From IMG/VR virus record IMGVR_UViG_3300045988_047747: DNA of 42,720 bases; one strand, given 5' to 3'. The notes beneath the pieces are model-generated. The model ran no database searches and had not been told where the DNA came from. It saw nothing but the letters and a program-made list of their open reading frames with translations. The DNA is from a virus. This document shows positions 38,348 to 42,720 of the stretch, piece after piece. Every line of letters begins with the position of its first letter. Position 1 is the first letter of the stretch. Position numbers and translations under genes: made by a program.

Positions 38348-39562
38348 ATGATTCAGAAAGAGCTGCTGAAATTACCGGTCGAAGATCTTGTTCCGTATGA
38401 GAACAACCCGCGCGTCATTTCCCAGGAAGCTGTGAACGCCTGCGCGGAAAGTATGCGGCAGTGTACCGCTCTTGACCCCATTGAGGTGGACGAGAACAAC
38501 GTCATCCTCAGCGGACACACCCGCCGTCTTGCTCTGATGCAGCTCCATGTGGACATGGCCGACGTGGTGCGATACACCGGCCTTACCGAAGAACAGAAGC
38601 AGAAATACCGTATCCTCGCAAACAAGACCGGTGAAATGTCTGGGTGGGATTTCGGAAAACTTGAACAGGAACTGGCAGAAGTGGACTTTGGCGACTTTGA
38701 CTTTGATTTCGACCTTCCAGACAGTGGAGCCAATGAAACGCAGGTTGCTGAGGATGAAGCACCAGAAGTTGACGAAGCCGCGCCGCCAAAGGCGAAGCTG
38801 GGGGATATCTGGAAATGCGGCAGGCATCGCGTTATGTGCGGGGACAGTACTAATGAAGAAAGCGTCAAAACCCTTATAGGGGGGGCGCAGGCCGATATGT
38901 TGCTTACAGATCCACCGTATAACGTGAACTATGGAGCAGTGCGAGATGTAAGCGAGGCAGTAAAAAGGCACAAAAGAACGGATGGCCTGCTCATACAGAA
39001 TGACAACATGGGAGATGAGGAATTTAGAGAGTTCTTAACCAGTGCTTTCAGAAACGCCAACGCTGTAATGAGACCTGGCGCTGTTTTCTATATTTGGCAC
39101 GCAGATGGAGAAGGGTACAACTTCCGAGGTGCATGTAGAGACGTTGGATGGACTGTAAGGCAATGTTTGATTTGGAACAAAAACACGTTATGCATGGGGA
39201 GGCAGGATTACCAGTGGAAGCATGAGCCTTGCCTGTATGGATGGAAAGATGGCGCAGGACATCTATGGACAAGCGACAGAAAACAGACAACCGTTCTTGA
39301 TTTTGACAGACCGGTTAAGAGTGAGCTGCACCCAACGATGAAACCTGTTGCGCTTTTTGACTATCAAATCAAAAACAACACAGAAAGCGGGAATATTGTC
39401 CTTGACCTGTTTGGGGGAAGCGGGACAACGTTGATCGCCTGCGAGCAGAACGGAAGAACAGCTTATCTCATGGAGTATGATCCGAAGTACGTTGATGTCA
39501 TTGTGAAGCGATGGGAAGACCTCACGGGAGAAAAGGCCGTTCTTGTAAAAGAGGTGAGCTAA
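38348..39562 (+). CDS. ParB-like nuclease domain fused to an N6A/N4C DNA methyltransferase
   Basis: N-terminus LVPYENNPRVISQEAV...ILSGHTRRLA (ParB/Srx). LLTDPPYNVNYG (DPPY). C-terminal FGGSGTTLIACEQNGR SAM motif. Confidence 0.85.
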   Translation: MIQKELLKLPVEDLVPYENNPRVISQEAVNACAESMRQCTALDPIEVDENNVILSGHTRRLALMQLHVDMADVVRYTGLTEEQKQKYRILANKTGEMSGWDFGKLEQELAEVDFGDFDFDFDLPDSGANETQVAEDEAPEVDEAAPPKAKLGDIWKCGRHRVMCGDSTNEESVKTLIGGAQADMLLTDPPYNVNYGAVRDVSEAVKRHKRTDGLLIQNDNMGDEEFREFLTSAFRNANAVMRPGAVFYIWHADGEGYNFRGACRDVGWTVRQCLIWNKNTLCMGRQDYQWKHEPCLYGWKDGAGHLWTSDRKQTTVLDFDRPVKSELHPTMKPVALFDYQIKNNTESGNIVLDLFGGSGTTLIACEQNGRTAYLMEYDPKYVDVIVKRWEDLTGEKAVLVKEVS

Positions 39563-39563
39563 G

Positions 39564-40103
39564 ATTGGCCGAAAAGGTAAATTCGAGCAGTGGTTAGAAC
39601 CGGAAGGGCTAACGCTGCTTCGCGGTTGGGCAATGGATGGCCTGAAAGACAAGCAGATTGCCGGGAATATGGGAATTTCAGTATCCACTCTCTGCGAATG
39701 GAAAAACAAATTTTCCGAATTATCGGAAGCTTTAAAAAAAGGCCGAGAAGTTGCGGACTACATTGTGGAGAATGAGCTGTTCGAAAGCTGCAAGACCCGC
39801 ACCGTAACCGTAAAAAAGCCCATCAAACTGAAAAAGGTCATGGTGGATGGAAAAAAGCGGCTTGAAGAAGAACGCATCGAGTATGCAGAGGAACAGGTCG
39901 TCGTTCCAGCCAACGTGACGGCTCAGATATTCTGGTTGAAAAACCGGCGGCCTGAAAAGTGGGCAGGTGTGCCGGAAGAAACGAGGGCAGAGGAGCATGA
40001 CGACGATGGCCTGCTTGAGGCCCTGAATGCTGCCGCAGACATCAGCCCGCCGGATGACGTGGAGATGCTGCCGGAGGAAGAAGACGACCATGTGGAAAAG
40101 TAA
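39564..40103 (+). CDS. terS: Terminase small subunit, apparent ATT initiation
   Basis: Conserved-looking GRKGKFEQWLEPEGLTLLRGWA precedes the first ATG (39633). Frame opens at 39558. GAGGTG lies 7 nt before ATT 39564. Confidence 0.6.
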   Translation: MGRKGKFEQWLEPEGLTLLRGWAMDGLKDKQIAGNMGISVSTLCEWKNKFSELSEALKKGREVADYIVENELFESCKTRTVTVKKPIKLKKVMVDGKKRLEEERIEYAEEQVVVPANVTAQIFWLKNRRPEKWAGVPEETRAEEHDDDGLLEALNAAADISPPDDVEMLPEEEDDHVEK

Positions 40104-41337
40104 CGGTTTTCGCTGGAAAGCCCTCAGCCAGCGGCAAAAGCAGGTCTTGAGCTGGTGGACACCGCAGAGCGCATACAGCGGCTACAACGGCATCATTGCC
40201 GATGGAGCTATCCGATCGGGCAAGACCTTTGCCATGAGCTTTTCTTTTGTACAGTGGGCTATGACCTGCTACAGCGGCCAGCAGTTTGCCATGTGCGGCA
40301 AGACCATTGCCAGCTTCCGGCGCAACGTGCTGGGGACGCTCAAGCAGCAGCTTGCAGCCCGTGGTTACAACGTCAAGGAGCACCGGGCGGAAAACTGCAT
40401 GACCGTCAGCAAGGGCAGCAAAGTTAACGAGTTTTACTTTTTCGGCGGCAAGGATGAGAGCAGCCAAGACCTGATCCAGGGCATCACCCTTGCCGGGGCA
40501 TTCTTCGACGAGGTGGCCCTGATGCCGCAAAGCTTCGTCAATCAGGCCACAGCCCGATGCTCTGTCACCGGGTCAAAGTTCTGGTTCAACTGCAACCCGG
40601 GCAGCCCGCAGCACTGGTTTTATCTCGAGTGGGTGCGGAAATGCCGTTCCCGCAAGATGATGTATCTCCATTTCACGATGGACGACAACCTGTCGCTTTC
40701 CGAGGACATCAAGGCCAGATACCGCAGCCAGTACAGCGGCGTTTTCTATCAGCGCTACATTCTGGGCCTGTGGACGGTGGCTGAGGGCCTTGTATATGAC
40801 ATGTTCGACCGCAAAAAGCACGTCGTTGACGAGTTGCCGGAGCTTTCGCCAAAGAGCGCCTATGTGGCGTGCGACTTTGGAACCCAGAACGCAACGACCT
40901 TTTTGCTGTTCCAAAAGCAGGCAGATGCAGACTGCTGGATCGTCACCCGGGAGTACTACTACAGCGGCCGCGAACAGAAGCGGCAAAAGACCGTGGGCGA
41001 GTATGTTGCAGACCTCAAGGCATGGCTGAATGGTCTCAAGCCGGAGAGGATCATTGTGGACCCGTCGGCCCTGCCGCTGATCACAGAGTTGCGAAAGAAC
41101 GGCTTTACCCAGACGCCCGCAAACAATGATGTCCTGAGCGGCATTCTGGACGTACAGACCATGCTGCAGACCGGGCGGCTGAAAATATACAAGGACTGCA
41201 AGCACACGCTGGAAGAGTTTGGCGTGTACGCTTGGGACCCAGACAAAGACGACACCGTGCTGAAGGTCAACGACCACTGCATGGACGCTATTCGATATTT
41301 TGTGCGCACGAAGCGCCTTGTAAAACTGAGGAATTGA
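40090..41337 (+). CDS. terL: Terminase large subunit (PBSX/Terminase_3-like)
   Basis: Walker A ADGAIRSGKTF. 415 aa. ATG 40090 overlaps the TerS end. Confidence 0.9.
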   Translation: MWKSNGFRWKALSQRQKQVLSWWTPQSAYSGYNGIIADGAIRSGKTFAMSFSFVQWAMTCYSGQQFAMCGKTIASFRRNVLGTLKQQLAARGYNVKEHRAENCMTVSKGSKVNEFYFFGGKDESSQDLIQGITLAGAFFDEVALMPQSFVNQATARCSVTGSKFWFNCNPGSPQHWFYLEWVRKCRSRKMMYLHFTMDDNLSLSEDIKARYRSQYSGVFYQRYILGLWTVAEGLVYDMFDRKKHVVDELPELSPKSAYVACDFGTQNATTFLLFQKQADADCWIVTREYYYSGREQKRQKTVGEYVADLKAWLNGLKPERIIVDPSALPLITELRKNGFTQTPANNDVLSGILDVQTMLQTGRLKIYKDCKHTLEEFGVYAWDPDKDDTVLKVNDHCMDAIRYFVRTKRLVKLRN

Positions 41338-41339
41338 TT

Positions 41340-42720
41340 TTGAGCACTGTATACACATTCCAGACTTTTCAGCAGGCGCAAGCCGCCGGGGAACAGCCTG
41401 ATTTCATCCGGCGGTTCGTGCAGCAGCACTGCACTTCCGGCCCCTACAAGATGGCGCTGGATGCCGACCTGTACGACGCACAGAAAAACCCGGGGGCTGA
41501 ACGCTTTGCGCAGGCTTACGCTTTGATGCTGAAGCGCCTATCCAAAAACACCAAGCAGGACACCCCACACCCCGATATGGTCAAGAGCAATCTTTTCCGG
41601 CGGCTCAACAAGCAGCGGGCAACCTACTCCCTCGGCAACGGCGTGGTCTTTGCAAACGATGGCGTGGACAAGGATAGGTTGGGGCAGAACTTTGACGAGC
41701 AGATCCAGAAGGCCGGATATTTCGCCCTGATCCACGGTGAGAGCTTCGGATTCTGGAACAACGACCATCTGGTGGTTTTCAAGCTGACCGAGTTCGCGCC
41801 CCTGTACGATGAAAAGACAGGCCTTTTGCAGGCGGGCGTGCGCTTCTGGCGGCTGAACCCGGACACGGATATGCACTATATCCTGTACGAGCTGGACGGC
41901 TTCACTGAGTACACGGAAAGCAAAATCGGAAGCACGATGCAGGAGACCGTGCCGAAGCAGGCATACAAGAGCGTGACCGTCACCACACCCGGCGGCGGGC
42001 TGGAAAGCGTAGAAGGAGAAAACTACAGCGCACTTCCCATTGTGCCGCTGTGGGGCTCAGACCTGCATCAGAGCACACTTGTTGGGCTGAAAGCCTACAT
42101 TGACAACACCGATCTTGTGATGTCCGGCTTCTGCAATGACTTGCAGGACTTTTCGCAGATCTACTGGCTGTGCGAGAACTTCAACGGCATGACCGATGAC
42201 GAGCTGCAGGAGTTCCTTGTCAAGCTGAATCTGTACCACATTGCAGGCGCAGACACCAGCGAGGGCGGCAAGATCACCCCCTACACCACCGAGATTCCCG
42301 TGACGGCCCGGCAGGCTCTGTTGGAGCTGCTCCACACACGGGTGTATGAGGACTTCGGCGGTCTGGATGTGCATTGCGTCAGCGCGGACAGCACCAACGA
42401 CCATCTGGATGCAGCCTATGAACCGCTGAACCAGAACGCGGACGATTTCGAGGCTCAGGTCAAGCCGTTCATACGGCAGATCTGCGCACTGGCGGGCTTT
42501 GACAACGCTATGCCGGCATTCAACCGCAGCAAGATCACCAACACCGCCGAGCAGGTCGCAACGGTGATTTCTGAGGCACCGATCATCGGGCAGGACATGG
42601 CCATTGACCTGCTGCCCAACCTGACCCCGGAACAAAAGGAGCAGGCCAAGGCCGCGCTGATGGCTGAGAGCGCAACGAGAGAGACCGTAGGCGAGGAGGA
42701 GGACGAAGATGAAAAAAAAC
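41340..42720 (+). CDS. Portal protein (SPP1 gp6-like), runs off the window end and continues at 90..103
   Basis: GAGGA lies 7 nt before TTG 41340. Open frame reaches the last base. Sits directly after TerL. Total about 464 aa across the junction. Confidence 0.85.
   Translation, partial: MSTVYTFQTFQQAQAAGEQPDFIRRFVQQHCTSGPYKMALDADLYDAQKNPGAERFAQAYALMLKRLSKNTKQDTPHPDMVKSNLFRRLNKQRATYSLGNGVVFANDGVDKDRLGQNFDEQIQKAGYFALIHGESFGFWNNDHLVVFKLTEFAPLYDEKTGLLQAGVRFWRLNPDTDMHYILYELDGFTEYTESKIGSTMQETVPKQAYKSVTVTTPGGGLESVEGENYSALPIVPLWGSDLHQSTLVGLKAYIDNTDLVMSGFCNDLQDFSQIYWLCENFNGMTDDELQEFLVKLNLYHIAGADTSEGGKITPYTTEIPVTARQALLELLHTRVYEDFGGLDVHCVSADSTNDHLDAAYEPLNQNADDFEAQVKPFIRQICALAGFDNAMPAFNRSKITNTAEQVATVISEAPIIGQDMAIDLLPNLTPEQKEQAKAALMAESATRETVGEEEDEDEKK
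42632..42720. repeat. Terminal overlap copy B (identical to 1..89)
   Basis: Same 89-mer as 1..89. Confidence 0.95.

Larger units (their letters stand above)
1..42720. mobile_element. Complete circularly permuted temperate siphovirus-type phage genome (about 42.63 kb unique)
   Basis: 89-nt exact overlap of both window ends. Portal ORF runs off the 3' end and finishes at 103. Integrase/attP, switch, replication, packaging, head, tail and lysis modules are all present. Confidence 0.85.

Noticed and set aside
1-42720. Search for reverse transcriptase (DGR or retron), CRISPR-Cas, CBASS-like or restriction-modification defence operons.
   Set aside because: No ORF translation shows RT (YxDD), cyclase, Cas or restriction endonuclease hallmarks that I can recognise. 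The fibre gene has no nearby template-repeat copy. The two methylase-like genes are orphans.

Overview
The window is one complete, circularly permuted genome of a temperate siphovirus-type dsDNA phage or excised prophage. It holds about 42.63 kb of unique sequence, and the first 89 nt recur exactly at the end. The host looks like a fairly GC-rich Gram-positive, probably Clostridia-like. This is inferred from AGGAGG ribosome-binding sites, TTGACA-N17-TATAAT promoters, a GH25 endolysin with an LL-H-type holin, and a DnaD-type replication protein. Gene order from the junction: portal end, Mu-F-like head morphogenesis gene, an inserted XRE/antirepressor regulatory module, a displaced HK97-gp10-like neck gene, an AT-rich ORF, tRNA-Lys(UUU), scaffold, major capsid, neck genes and major tail. 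These are followed by G/GT chaperones with a T_TTT_TTG -1 slippery site, tape measure, Dit, Tal, fibre and the lysis cassette. Next come a split ArpU/sigma-like regulator, a possible small RNA unit, and a leftward two-gene operon under a consensus promoter with a 17-bp palindromic operator. A 7-gene cargo island of low-complexity, membrane and BclA-like proteins follows, abutting attP (the 3' part of a tRNA-Thr-like gene plus arm repeats). Then come the tyrosine integrase, HTH proteins, a Zn-ribbon/Gly-zipper/SHOCT protein faced by an antisense consensus promoter, a CI/Cro-type switch and a Rha-type antirepressor. After these lie an early protein with RAMP-like motifs, a 400-nt purine-skewed repeat tract, small early genes, and a DUF1351-RecT-SSB-DnaD module with tandem repeats (ori candidate). 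The late-early region carries two methyltransferase-like genes, ASCH, RusA and a late activator. The circle closes with a 740-nt non-coding cluster (two degenerate tRNA-like elements plus tRNA-Trp), ParB-methylase, TerS (apparent ATT start), TerL and portal. All product names come from motif and synteny recognition by eye; no database search was run. Most long minus-strand ORFs in the supplied track are antisense artefacts of GC-rich coding DNA. The best candidates for something undescribed are: (a) the cargo island 17789..21065, (b) the SHOCT-protein/antisense-promoter unit 23649..24455, (c) the RAMP-like protein plus strand-specific repeat tract 26744..27790, (d) the tRNA-like cluster 37605..38347.
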